From contig JAUCBJ010001784.1 of NCBI GenBank assembly GCA_032718475.1, positions 1 through 64,000 on the forward strand: a DNA stretch of 64,000 nucleotides. Reading direction: 5' to 3'. How positions within the stretch are numbered: position 1 is the stretch's first letter; every line of letters starts with the position of its first letter. Position numbers and translations under genes: made by a program. Below the pieces are notes generated by a model. That model had not been told where the DNA came from. It did not search any database and saw only the letters and a program-made list of their open reading frames with translations. The stretch is from Nemertoderma westbladi. Taxonomy: Eukaryota > Animalia > Xenacoelomorpha. Below are positions 25,050 through 38,625 of the stretch, one piece after another.

Positions 25050-25268
25050 GTCGCAATAAAGAAACTAAAAATCTATTATTGTTCTTACCAGAACAATAGA
25101 CAAAATATATTTATTGCCTACTGTGCAATAAAGAACAAAATCTATTATTGTTCTTACCAGAACACTAGACAAAATATATTTATTGCCTACTGTGCAATAA
25201 AGAACAAAATCTATTATTGTTCTTACCAGAACATTAGACAAAATATATTTATTACCTACTGTGCAATC
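25050..25268. repeat. 69-bp tandem repeat, about 3 copies, with internal hairpins
   Basis: Unit GCAATAAAGAACAAAATCTATTATTGTTCTTACCAGAACA...TTTATTGCCTACTGT, with starts at 25125 and 25194. Confidence 0.85.
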
Positions 25269-26884
25269 AAGAGTTTAAAACTATTAATATTCGCGCTTTT
25301 AGACCTTTAGCAGTTTAACCTGCCAATTTTAGTTGTCCTCTTGTTTATAAATCGACTTTAGCCTATATCAATTACTTAGTGTACTGAAGTTACATCAGCC
25401 GAAGCCAGTGTGTGCACGACCTTTCACCCACGGTTTTGGGAGACTGGATTCGGATTCCTTGATAGTGATTGCGGTGTAGACCTACTGTATTATTCGATTG
25501 ATCGTTACTATATAATCTCTGACAATGTATTTACTTTCGGGGAAATATTAACAGTTCCTTTAGGACGTGGCGCTTTAAGTATAAAAACAGAGTTATGACT
25601 TATACTAATCACAACTAGATGGCCACAGAGTTTCGTAAAAAGCGCATTCTTTAGGAGATGCTTTATTAACCTTCACACTACTTCACACTACTTCGCACTG
25701 ATCTGCCGACCGTCACTGAATTTCATCATATATAAGGAGGATCGCAACTGACACATGTAAGGATTATGAAATAGTATTTAATTCACATAAAAACCACTAT
25801 AATGTAAGTCGCAATTGCTACCGGTAAACCTGTTCCTCTTACCTTCAGTAATCAAGAAGATTGGGGGTTTTATGATTATTTATCGGTATTCCCCAAATAT
25901 AACAACAATATCCATTAATATAACAACAATTAATAACAGAAGTAAAATAATGCGGTGAACAGTCAGTATGTGTTTCTTATGCAGTGTTCCAGGTATGATG
26001 CAGGATGACATGTGATGCGGTGTGATGTTTAGTGATTCAGTGGTGCGTTAATAGTTTTACGTTCTTATAATCAAAGCCATCTGATGTTCTAGGCCAAAGT
26101 CTGAAACTTCTACAGAGAAGTACAGAAAATTCCAAGCCGGTTCTGGTGCTCAGAAAATAGTAAACAAAGACCGTAATGCATTGCGCGAGTTTCCATAGGC
26201 CTCTGTCAGACATAAGGGGAAATCGCTCTGATTGGTTGGACGAACAAAGAGATTCCATGTCCACAAAGAATCAGCTGATACTGTAGATTTCGTCATCGGG
26301 GCTCTGATTCCTTCCCGTCACGTAGTTGGGTAAATTTAGGGCTATTTTAGAGTATTCTGCGCATTGCGGGAAAAATGACTTGTTATGTCCGCAAAAGCCT
26401 CTACACTGCGCATTGCGGTATGTCCGCAAAAGCTTTTACAGCAAGAGTAAAATCAGTTAAAATTATTTAGTGTTGCTAAGGAAATGATTGTGTATTTGAT
26501 CTGGAATGCAAAACTATTTTGTTTTTGCGTGTGTGTGTTTTGCTGGTTTTTGGTGTAGATTAACATGTATCCTGCACGGGTTAGTGTAGCTGATGAGCCA
26601 AATCCCGGCGAAACACATGCAAAAATAAATAAAAATATTATTTTTCCATAATTATTTTTAAATTGAGTAAAACAGTTTGAGAACAATACTGAAGGGTTAC
26701 GTTAAACCTGAAATTTTCAGAAAATAGTAGCGATTTTTAAGTGACTGAGTGGTTTATATATATTTTTTGAGAAAATATAATTTAAGAAATTTTTTTTTTA
26801 TACATAATATATATATATATATATAATATCATAAAGTAAAAATAATATTTAGTAAAAAGGGGCTAATTAATAATCCCTATTCTA

Positions 26885-27711
26885 CCGGGTGTTCCATAAT
26901 GATTGCCCCACCCCCCTGGCCAGCCAAACCTGTCAGACATGCACCTTAGTGTAATATACCATTTGAAAGAGAATTTAATTCTGAGCTTGCATGCAAAAAT
27001 TTAGGGTCCAATACAATAGCATAATAATTTTATAGGCAATTATTTAAACCTATCTTACTTTTCAATATTTGTGATTTAATCGCAATTTTAAAAAAATGTA
27101 ATTTATCCAGTGTTAGTGTTAGGCATCAGCTTTGCAGGTTGCAGCCCTGTTTAAACAGTTATTACTGCCTGACTTTTGCTGTATTGCAATATATTAAAGT
27201 ATTCAGTTACCGGTATTAGTGTTTCTTTGGTAATTTTACTGAATTAGGCCTAACAGAAGTAATTAAAATGACAAATTCCAGTGTAATTTTCGATGACTTT
27301 GAAGAAAAACGTAAGGTTGACAGGATCAGAGAGGTTACTTTTAGAGAGGGTCGTGATTCTGTGGCATAATCAAACTGAACTCAAACCAAAACAAACGGCC
27401 CTTTTAAGGGCCTACATCCTTTGCCACTATCGATGAGCTCCCCGTGCTGCAAAGGGGAAGGGAAACATGGCTGTAAATCTGATGACTAACCCTGGATAAA
27501 TTATATTTTTTAAATTGTGATTAAATCACAAATATTGAAAAGTAAGATAGGTTTAAAGAATTTCCTATAAAATTTTTATACTTTTGTATTGGACCATAAA
27601 TTTATGCATTCAAGCTCAGAATTAAATTCTCTTTCGAATGGTATATTACACTAAGGTGCATGTCTGACAGTTTTGGCTGGCCAGGGGGGGCAATCATTAT
27701 GGAACAACTGG
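26885..27711. mobile_element. Non-autonomous Tc1/mariner-type TIR element with TA target duplication
   Basis: Long imperfect TIRs (CCGGGTGTTCCATAATGATTGCCCC... / ...GGGGCAATCATTATGGAACAACTGG), TA on both sides, and an empty site in the paralogous arm near 43415. Confidence 0.9.
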
Positions 27712-27791
27712 TACATGGTTTTCACCTGCACCAACATAAATTTTCAACATTTTTCTCCCCACATGTAACTTTAACTTTGTGATTCTTAAAA

Positions 27792-30700
27792 TTATTGTCT
27801 GTCTTTGTCAGGTTTAACTACATAATATAAGAAGCTATTCTTATCTTCCAGCAGATGTTTTGGTTCATCGAAATCTACAATTTCTCCTTCACTCATCACT
27901 ATTACTCTATTGCAGTTTAATATAGTATTAATCCGATGGGCTATTGTCAAAACAGTTGCATTAGATAAATTAATTGATATGACTTTCTGTATAATTTCAT
28001 CTGTATACTGATCAATAGATGATGTTGCCTCATCAATAAGCACAACTTTACAGTTTCGTAACATTGCTCTTGCTAAACAAACTAACTGCTTCTCCCCAAC
28101 ACTGAGGTTACTGCCACGATTATGAACTTCAAAATCCAAAATGACAGATTCCAAATCACAAGGAGTAATTGACCCATAACCACATTTAGAATCAACTCTC
28201 ATTTCGATAGATGTTTTCAATTGAACACATTCTAGAACTGTAATGATTTCTATAGTGTCAAACTCATTGAAAGGATCTAAGTTGTAGCGCAAAGTACCTT
28301 GAAACAGAACGGGATCCTGTGGAATGACTGCTATTGACTTCCGTAAATCATGTAAACCAATTCCTGTTATGTCAACATCATCTATGGTGATTATTCCTTG
28401 AGGTTCTACAAGGCGAAGTAACACTGTAAACAACGAGGATTTACCAGCTCCTGTTCGTCCTACAATTCCTATTTTCTCAAAAGGCCGTGTCTCAAAATTG
28501 ATTCCATGCAAAACCTCATTATCACCATACCTAAGTTTAACACTTTTGAAACAAATTACTCCAGCATTTGGCCAATCAATTGGACGATGATTAAAAGCTG
28601 TATGAAATGCAGCTTCTTGATCTAATTTTGTATAATCGAGAACTCGATCCACAGATGTTATATTAATTTCCAGCCGGGCTGAATCAAGTATGATATATGT
28701 AACATAATTTACCATGTTCAACATGTATATTACGGCTAAACACAATATTTCATTTGAAACAAAGCGATCTATATATAAAAATATGAGTAAAAACAAAAAG
28801 TTAAAAAGAGCATAAGATATGCACACAGTAATTGATAGCAATGCTTGAAGTCCATAAACCATAAATATCGATTCTGTATGTTTATCCAAGTGGTAGAGAA
28901 AATTTTTCATATAAATTGATTGAACCCCAAACGCCTTTATGACATCTCGACCTTCTAGGGTATCAGAGGCATGCTGAAATACAGGATTTCTTGCTGATCC
29001 TTCCAGAAATTTCACCTGTTTAAGGCTTTTCATTATAAATAATCGTATCTGAAGAACAAAAACAAGAATAGGGATAGATATTACAAAAGTCCATGGATTG
29101 GCTATTCCAGAAACTAAAATAACAATCGAGCAATGACATATATACTGAACCATAAATCCAAGTAGACTTGGGATTATGTTGTCTAATATTCCTAAGTCTT
29201 TGGAGAATCGGTTCAGTATTCCTCCTGCGGAGTTCTGATAGAAAAATTTCATTGGGGCATGACAGACTGTTTTGAGAATTTGATTATGTATATTGTTAGA
29301 TGCGCCTAGTATAATCCTATATACTGCCAGAACACTGCATATGACACTTACTGAATATGAAACAACAAGATATGCATACACAAGTATAATGTATCCCCAA
29401 TTTGTTTCAGTGATGAATTGCTTAATAATGTTATTCTCATTAAAATCACTTTCTTGGGTGTCATTTCCATTTGATGAGGTCTGAATGGCCCAAGTTATCA
29501 ACCAATAATCTGAAAGTGTTAAATATATTAATGAACAAACTATTGTTAATGTTAAAACTAACAGACGTGGTCCAGTTAAACCAGCTTTAATAAATATGAG
29601 AGTAGGTCTATAAGGGATTTCCATGTTTCTTTCAATGAATGTATCAGAAACATTATTTATCGTGTCACGGAATTTATCATCTTCTGTCAATTCACTATTA
29701 TAAATCTCCAAAGAAGTTATTCCATTCCCTATATAAGTTTGTGATGAGACCTCCATGTTTAGCGATTTATAGACATCATTGTCATAAAGAGAGACAATTC
29801 TTGAATTTGAAGGGATAATTTGCAGTAGGTGGGTGACGATAATTACAATACCTCTTGATTGGCAGTGCTTCAAACAGTTATCTACTAAGTTATTGGCCAC
29901 TCGTCTGTCCACAGCTGAAAGAGGATCATCCATAAGATATATATTTGCTCTAGAATAAACCGCTCTCGCTAAAGCAATACGAGCTTTTTGGCCACCCGAT
30001 AATGAAATACCTTTTTCTCCAACTAAAGTATTATCCCCATCTTTAAAATTTAATAGATCCATTTTTAAACAGCTAAGTTTGATAACATCGTTAAACCATT
30101 TTGCCTCAAATGTTTGGCCCAGTAGGATATTGTCCCGTATAGTTCCCGAGAATATGAATGGTGTTTGCGACACATAGGCCATCTTCCCATTCTTATTTAT
30201 AGATCCAGTTTCTATAGGCAACTCTCCTAATATTGCCTGCAGTAGACTAGACTTTCCAGAACCAACTGGTCCTATTACGTATACGATCTCCCCAAAATAT
30301 GCTTTAAATGTTAGATGATGTATAACATAGGCGTTATTGATTGCCCATTTTGCCGATATATTATCTACAGTTATAAAAATATCTTTAGGGTCTAACAAAT
30401 TAATTCTCATTTTTTCATTTGCTAATTCTTCTCCAACAAATGTATTATTGTTAAAACCAAGAAAGTTATCAATTCGATGAAAAACACACTTAAGTTCACC
30501 ACATTCACGCACCGCCACAGCAAATCCAATTAAACTAGAATTCAACCTGAACAACATAATATTCGTAGTCAACACTGTGACAATATTTAATATAAATCCT
30601 AGTGATGAGTATAATAAAAAAACAAAAAAAGTTACAATATTGACATAGGAAAACATGATTACAGGGTAGAATGATTGGGTAGACATGATCTTACTTATTT

Positions 30701-32001
30701 GTAAAAATTCTTTGCTTCGAGCCATTTTTACAGCTTCTTCAAATAATTCCTCCCAACCATATGCTTTTACTGCTTTCAATCCAACCAATATTTCACTCAA
30801 CAATGTTATTCTTTGATCAGTTAATGCTGCAGCTTCAAAACGTAATCTTCTGATCAAGTCCGACAACCCCAAACTCAATGGAACAATTAAAATGATAAGA
30901 AACAATCCAAAAATGCCAGACCATTCTAGATAGTAAAATATGAAAGGAAACCACATAATCACTACAAGAGGGGCTGAGACTAAATAAATCGCAAATTTTC
31001 CCATTACCTCAAATCGACCAACATCTGATGACAACAGGTTCGTTACTTTACCAATTGTAATACTTTGAATTCCTTTTGTATCAAAAGTCAGGATTTTTGA
31101 ATAAATAAGTGCACTGCATCCAACTTTAATCTTAGTCCATAAAAGAGCAGAATAGAAAGTCATATTAGTAAATGCCAGTACTGATATAAATGATGTGATT
31201 CCTATAATCATACAATCCACTAATGCACTTTCTCGTGAAATTTTGCTTTCAATCTGCAAATAGTACACAATCAAATGTTGAAGAAAGATCACTTTCATTA
31301 TAAGGCACACTTCGTGAATGGTATCCAACAAGATACACAATATATATTCCTTCAAATAAACTCTTATTAATATTCCAAGAATATTATTTCGTTTTGTTCC
31401 ACCCGCACTCTGTAATGAGAAAAAAATATTTTAATAGGAACTTCAACAACATTTCGATACACAATAAATTAGGCAGGAATACTAAATTAAATGATTTGTG
31501 GATTATATCCTTATAGGTGCAACTCCCTCACTCCCCAGCGCATATACCAATTCACTATAATCCACATCCCTATAATCCATATTCATAATAAGTTCCTACA
31601 TATATTCACAATGTTAAACTTTCAACGGAATCTCTGGCGCCATCATCAGTACGAACAAAGATAAAATAAACCGTATGTAGCCCAGCTAGAGATGTGAAAG
31701 AGATTCACATATAAGAAAAATATAAGAAAATATTAAAAGAAAAAACATTCGCACCGCAATTTTTGGACCGGGTTCTAGTCACAACCAACAAATTTTATAA
31801 ACCCACCTGGAGATTTAATGTTCTTAGGAGTCTTTTGTATTGATAATCAGCAGTTAAATTATCTGGAAGTGGTCTAAAGAAGTCATCACTAGCAATTCTT
31901 CTCTTCGATTGGATTCGTAGAAATGGCAAAATGTAGAAATATAACCCACGTAATAGCGGATTTGTCTTTAAATACGGGTTCATTGGATTCATTATTACCA
32001 T
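27792..32001 (-). CDS. ABCC4/MRP4-like ABC transporter, copy A; exons 32001-31807 and 31409-27792
   Basis: TMD-NBD-TMD-NBD with GPVGSGKS, LSGGQ, YLMDDP, GRTGAGKS, LSVGEKQ, LIDEAT and AHR. Exon 1 encodes the lasso-like NPY..NPL segment. Donor CAG|GTGGGT joins in frame to the CAG acceptor. Confidence 0.93.
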
Positions 32002-32918
32002 GACGTTTTAAAAGCTTCAAAAAAATGTTTCCTTGTCTCCTGGAATTAGAATGTAGAGCAAAATGGTGAATGACAAAACCAAACACCACAATCTTGTACT
32101 GCATTTCCTAATACGGGTCCACCCGGGGTAAAACCAAACACCACAATCTTTTACTGCATTTCCTAATCCGGGTCCACCCGGGGTAAAACAAATGAATAAT
32201 GTTATGTCTCTGATTCCATATTATATACGTATAAATTAAAACAATACCACTGACAAGTTTTGTCCGTGTTGTTTACATATGCAGGTCGTTTTATCGTTTG
32301 TATGTACATACTAATGTAAAATCGTTAAAATCAGGAACAATTATATTAATCTTATACAATACCACATGTTAAATGAAATGATAGAAGCCTGCCGAGCCCA
32401 GAGACATACAGCACAAAAACTATGTTGACAGGTGTTTATGCTAAGTTAGAGTGCATCAAAGTAAACGATACTCCGGTGTTTACAATACATACTCGGTTTA
32501 CTACACCTTGTCCAGGAATATAGTGTGTATTTATTCAGGTAACCCTGACGCGCTTTTAGGACTTCCACAATTTCCAACAAACGATTTCAATATTCGCGGA
32601 ATATTCACTTAAGTTTGCCAGTCGAATAACATAAAATATAAATCAATCTAGCACGGTCTATGACCCAAAGGGAGTCGGAAATATATCGGCAGGATAAAAT
32701 AGGTTTTAGTGTATTAGCCGATTGATTCTCACAATATAATTCCCAACAGCAATATCGACGTACAGGGATTGTATCAACAGTTCCATTTGGGATGTCGTGC
32801 TCGAGATATCAAACAGGTCTATACGGCAATTACAAAAACAATACCAACAAAGATCATAGTCGGCACGCCCTTTAGGGGCATGGTATAATAACTCTGGCTG
32901 AAATACAAGCTGGTACAT

Positions 32919-34256
32919 ATGTATGCATAACCGGGCATAATAAACCGGAGGTTCCCTAATCAGAATGTCGATGTATTGCTGAATTTACTAAAGCTGTAAA
33001 GCCAAGTTGTTAACAGAGATTTCGTTAACTGTTTTTTGAGATTATTATTATATTAACAACCTTATTTCTCTTCAACGAAATCTCCATTAACAACTTGGCT
33101 TTACAGCCAGCCAGGCTTCCACAAAATTTGAAACCTTCCAGAAACCACAATTTTTAATTGAAAAACTTCGGAATTTTTAGTTAAAATTAATTGATTCCAG
33201 TGTCACTATCTCCTAGAGTGAAAGCGAGCATATTGGGGTATGGTTGAGTTTATAGGGCTGCAGCTCTTTGTCAGCTGATTTTAATTATTATCTTATTAAT
33301 TTATATAAATTTGAATATTTGAATTTGAATATTTTCCCCCGTATTCAAGATCGTCCTGAATTAATAAGTGTAAACCACTGCAATCGGCCGCTGCTTATAT
33401 CCAACCGAATGGTAAAGTCAACTAATAGCTGAACCATTCCATGTACTGAGCTGTTGAGAAGTATAATTCCATTGCCAGTCCAGTTTCCAGTCCATTATAA
33501 CATTGCTTCATTTGAATATTATTCTAATTATATACATAAGCTTTGTAACCTAAAAAAAGAATTGAAATAATACTGTCCAAATAATAATCCAAAAATGATT
33601 TGTCAACTCCTACCTAACTCGGAATTCCCTGCCCTAGCTTCTAAGGGATTCGAATTTGTTAGCTAAATATAAATAAATTTTTCAACATTCTGACATTATT
33701 ATATTGTTCAAAATATAAGATTTAAAAATAAGATTGTAATTGATTGGAAATAAATGACATTCCGAAACATTTTTTATTCAGCAAAACTATGTAAACAAGA
33801 TACAGAAAATCCGAAGTATTTTGTGGAAATAAATAATATTCCGAAGGATTTTTAATTCACTGGGCCATAAGATATTGACTTGAAATTCAGAACTTTTGAA
33901 GTAAATTTGTTCAAAAATTTGTCAAAAACATTTTTTCTAACATTATTTTTTTACTTTTCTCAAAACATGCTTTCCCTTTTTGGTCGGTTTCTCTGCCACA
34001 TGCCATTGAACTGCCACATATGGTATTATTTTGTAAATTCGATCTACTTTTGGGTGTTTAAATTATTGTTTAGGTGCATATATTCTATTTCCATTGCATC
34101 TCAGGTTTTTAGTAAGTCAAAAATCTTCGGAATTTTTCAGAATCTTCCGGCGGGTTTCCGCATTTTGTGGAGCCCTGTTTACAGCTTTAGTCAATTCAGC
34201 AATACGTCGACATTCAGATTAGGGAACCTCAGGTTTATGCCCGGTTATGCATACAG
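32919..34256. mobile_element. Non-autonomous TIR DNA element with a nested ~110-bp inverted-repeat element (32995-33105)
   Basis: TGTATGCATAACCGGGCATAA..GAGGTTCCCTAATC at the left matches GATTAGGGAACCTC..TTATGCCCGGTTATGCATACA at the right. Nested element: CTGTAAAGCCAAGTTGTTAA...TTAACAACTTGGCTTTACAG. Confidence 0.7.
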
Positions 34257-34832
34257 AATCAAATGGTAGTACTGAGTGTTGACAGTCAGATAGATATCAG
34301 ACGAAAACGCAACAGTTCCAGATTCCAACACAGAAACCAGAATGAATGGTCTGTTGTGCTGACATAATAGCTGCTGAATACGTGTCTACCATCTACTGGT
34401 TCACCAAAGTAGCCTACTCAACGATTCTCAACGGTCTCTGACGGTTTCAAACTCGCAATTTCTACACAGCAAGAGAGGAAGAAAAAAACACGATAAGTAT
34501 AATCTACCAACTACCGGTCTATATCTGTATATCTATTAATAAACTGCACTACAATACTGCAATATTGTTATTCAATTCAGCAATTTACTTGTTATAGTGT
34601 AGCCTAGTCCTTAGTATGTTTTTTGCTGTTAGTTTTTTTTCTCACTCACCCCGTTTAGCTTTACCTTCTCTTTCTTTGTTGGTGGTCTCTGTCATCACGA
34701 ATCGGTCTTGGGGGCCGAAGACTTGATAGAGCCAGGACTCTCTACTGAACCATACAGATGTACGTACACAGGTTTGCAATAAGATAAAATAGCCATGCAA
34801 CGTTAGAGGGTTAGTAGGTACCGCTACGATCA
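33866..34832 (+). repeat. ~965-bp direct duplication, copy 1
   Basis: Near-identical to 37156-38121. Confidence 0.93.
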
Positions 34833-36300
34833 CCCTAGTTTTCCAAGTGATAAACTAGGTCAATTGTCTGATTGTATTACTTTTTATGTCTGAGGTCGTG
34901 TTCGAACCTCATATCTATAGGAAGATCTGAGTCTATCATGAGAACCATGTCCCCTGTACTGGCATTTTCTTGCTTCGCAAAGCACTTGGTTCGGAAGGTA
35001 ATAACTTTGGAAGGTAATAATGCTTGAAATGCATCGCAAACCGATTAGACAACAACTGTATTATCTGCCAGGTCTGCTTAAGATACTTGTCTAGCCATCC
35101 TCGGGTGTAGAGATGGGAAGCATGACCACACGGGCTTCTTGAGTAGGAAATGCGCTGGTATTAATGCCTCTAGGGATTCGTGGTCCGCTGATACTGGCAT
35201 CAACGGTCGATCGTTCAGATAGGTGGTGATTTCCTCCATAAAGATTTGTAGGAGTTCCTCAATGAGATACGCATAGCATGGTACTACAAAGTGAAACGCT
35301 GTCTTTACGCTGCTTATCAATCTCTCCCAACTTCCTCCCCACCAGGGCGTCCGCTGTGTTAAATGTCCAATTGGAAGCAGTCACACGCAACTGATCATCC
35401 ACCTGCCGTTGTGTCTTTGACATAACCAGTTATCTCATGGTCATCCAATACTCTACAGGATCTTGGCTGAAGTTATCTTCAACACAAGGCTGAGCAGTCG
35501 AAGACTACCCAGACTTCTTTTGGGCACATAAGGATGGGTTAAGTAATATGTGTGCACTGTCACTTCAGTTCCTGGAGGAACATATTAAGCATACATACAT
35601 AAGCGGCATATCCCTTATTGTTGAACTTCTTTAGCTGTATCTTATACATCTCTCTAGCTTTATCATTCCCCAACAACCAACGTTGGAACTGCTCTATTCT
35701 CTTAACTGCCAGGGGCTGGTTGTTTATGAAGCTGGAGTCAACGTTTTCTAAAGAGAAGTCCTTGTAGCAACCACTTCATTTAGTTCGTCATCCTCATAGG
35801 CAGCTAGCTCATTATTTCTATGGATCAAGTAACGCAGCTCCACCTGATTGGTGCACGTTTGATTTTCAGTGAGTGGTCCAATGACATTGTCCTTATCATA
35901 CAATGCCTGAACCTTGTCATCTGGGAATACACTCCTTCAGAGCTAGCTTCTGATGTATCAAGTTCCTCATGTACTCCTTCACTCATCTTTGCATTAAAGA
36001 CTGTCTCAGTTCATTCTCTAAGCGTCCTCGCTGAAGGGCCTGTACAAAACCAGCCCACTCTACAGTAGTATTTCCAGCATAGGTTTGTAAAGGCTGTGGA
36101 TTAGCAGGTCTTTTCTCCAGTACTTCCAATGCCACATGAGCGTTCTGTCCTATGAGTAATTGGACTCCTGGTTTGTTCACCCTAAACCTAGGGACCTGGT
36201 ACTGACTTGCGAATTTATCTTTGTCCCAGTTATATAAATTAGCCTGGCTGGCTGCAAAGTTATTAATAGCCATCATGTTAATCTGGTTAATACCGTTCTT
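34650..36300 (-). mobile_element. Internally deleted BEL/Pao fragment (protease linker and integrase end)
   Basis: PGVQLLIGQNAH, related to the 22.6 kb fragment; integrase motifs WWGGSWERLISSVK, LNDRPL and LIPAHFL. Confidence 0.8.
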
Positions 36301-36809
36301 ACCTGTTTGATCTTGGGGAAGATAGGGAACCTACATAGAAGTCGGTCTCTAGTTTAGACTTCCAAACTTTGAAATGCTTGCATGGCCATCTACTTCAGGA
36401 CCCCTTAAAATAACGAGAATCAATATTTCCTGATTGGTTATAACTTATAAACCGAACCGGGTACCTAGCAACGCCATCAGCTGGTTTCAAAAAGCCATAT
36501 TAAATGGCAGTTATTTTTAAGCTTTATTTGCTCATTTTGTCCCCTTTTTTTACTATTTTAATCGAAATTACTTTTATGACCTCTTTTATTGCTCTTTATG
36601 ACCTCCTTTTTTCCGACATTCAGGCTGTACTGAAACAACATCCAGACTGTGATTTGCCCAGTAACCGACCTACTCAGTCCTACTCAGTTTTAATGAAGTT
36701 ATAATAAATTACTTACACACTACATTCAGACATTACAAAATACAATTTAATTAAATCAACTGTGTAACCTTAACATGCACACAAGATGGCATGTAATAAG
36801 CTATAAGGC

Positions 36810-37075
36810 ATTTTTCTAACCAAAAAAATAAACGATCACTTTACCAATTGAGGGAAAGAGCAGGTTACTGTGGTGGGCTTTTCTAACCGAAACAATAAAC
36901 GATCACTTTACCAATTAGGGAAAGGAGCAGGTTATAGTGGTGGGCTTTTCTAACCAAAACAATAAACGACCACTTTACAAATTGACGGAAAGGAGCAGGT
37001 TACTGAATCGGGTTTTCCTATAACCAAAACAATAAACGATCACTTTAACAATTGAGGGAAAGAAGCAGGTTACAT
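36810..37075. repeat. ~68-bp repeat family, about 4 degenerate units
   Basis: GGAAAGGAGCAGGTTAC...TTTTCTAACCAAAACAATAAACGATCAC; same family as 61745-62425. Confidence 0.85.
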
Positions 37076-37155
37076 CGGCAAACAAAATTGACATTGTTGA
37101 TCTTTATGGTAGAGTACTGTAGGCCTAGTCATGGTATAATATATATCACAATAGT

Positions 37156-38121
37156 CATAAGATATTGACTTGAAATTCAGAACTTTTGAAGTAAATTTGT
37201 TCAAAAATTTGTCAAAAACATTTTTTCTAACATTATTTTTTTACTTTTCTCAAAACATGCTTTCCCTTTTTGGTCGGTTTCTCTGCCACATGCCATTGAA
37301 CTGCCACATATGGTATTATTTTGTAAATTCGATCTACTTTTGGGTGTTTAAATTATTGTTTAGGTGCATATATTCTATTTCCATTGCATCTCAGGTTTTT
37401 AGTAAGTCAAAAATCTTCGGAATTTTTCAGAATCTTCCGGCGGGTTTCCGCATTTTGTGGAGCCCTGTTTACAGCTTTAGTCAATTCAGCAATACGTCGA
37501 CATTCAGATTAGGGAACCTCAGGTTTATGCCCGGTTATGCATACAGTATCAAATGGTAGTACTGAGTGTTGACAGTCAGATAGATATCAGATGAAAACGC
37601 AACAGTTCCAGATTCCATCACAGAAACCAGAATGAATGGTCTGTTGTACTGACATACAGCTGCTGAATACGTGTCTACCATCTACCGGATCACCAAAGTA
37701 GCCTACTCAACGATTCTCAACGGTCTCTGACGGTTTCAAACTCGCAATTTCTACACAGCAAGAGAGGAAGAAAAAAACACGATAAGTATAATCTACCAAC
37801 TACCGGTCTATATCTGTATATCTATTAATAAACTGCACTACAATACTGCAATATTGTTATTCAATTCAGCAATTTACTTGTTATAGTGTAGCCTAGTCCT
37901 TAGTATGTTTTTTGCTGTTAGTTTTTTTTCTCACTCACCCCGTTTAGCTTTACCTTCTCTTTCTTTGTTGGTGGTCTCTGTCATCACGAATCGGTCTTGG
38001 GGGCCGAAGACTTGATAGAGCCAGGACTCTCTATTGAACCATACAGATGTACATACACAGGTTTGCAATAAGATAAAATAGCCATGCAACGTTAGAGGGT
38101 TAGTAGGTACCGCTACGATCA
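37156..38121 (+). repeat. ~965-bp direct duplication, copy 2
   Basis: Near-identical to 33866-34832. Confidence 0.93.
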
Positions 38122-38625
38122 GCTAAGCTCGCTAAGCTCGTTTACTTTCGTCGCTCGCCCCACACCCGAGTATCGTGTCGTGTCGTGCACTCTAACTTAG
38201 CATAAACACCTGTCGACATGGTTTTTGTGCTGTATGCCTCTGGGCTCGGCAGGCTTCTATCATTTCATTCAGCATGTGGTTGTTGTATAAGATCAATTAT
38301 AATTGTTTCTGATTATAATGATTTTACATTAGTATGTGCATACGAACGATAAAAACGACCTGCATTATCAGTCGACATGGTATACTTTTAATTTATACGT
38401 ATATAATATGGAAACAGAGACATAACATTATTAATTTGTTTTACCCCGGGTGGACCCGGATTAGGAAATGCAGTAAAAGATTGTGGTGTTTGGTTTTACC
38501 CCGGGTGGACCCGCATTAGGAAATGCAGTAAAAGATTGTGGTGTTTGGTTTTATCATTCACCATTTTGATCTACCTTCTAATTCCGGGAGACAAGGAAGC
38601 ATTTTTTTGAAGCTTTTAAAACGTC

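Noticed and set aside
33880-34269. Duplicated 129-aa ORF (also 37170-37559) as a gene
   Set aside because: F/L-rich AT-biased frame with a TTG start inside a TIR element; conserved only because the DNA is duplicated.
33866-38121. 965-bp direct repeats as LTRs of the enclosed BEL fragment
   Set aside because: They lack TG..CA ends and a TSD and include part of a TIR element and BEL coding sequence; a segmental duplication fits better.
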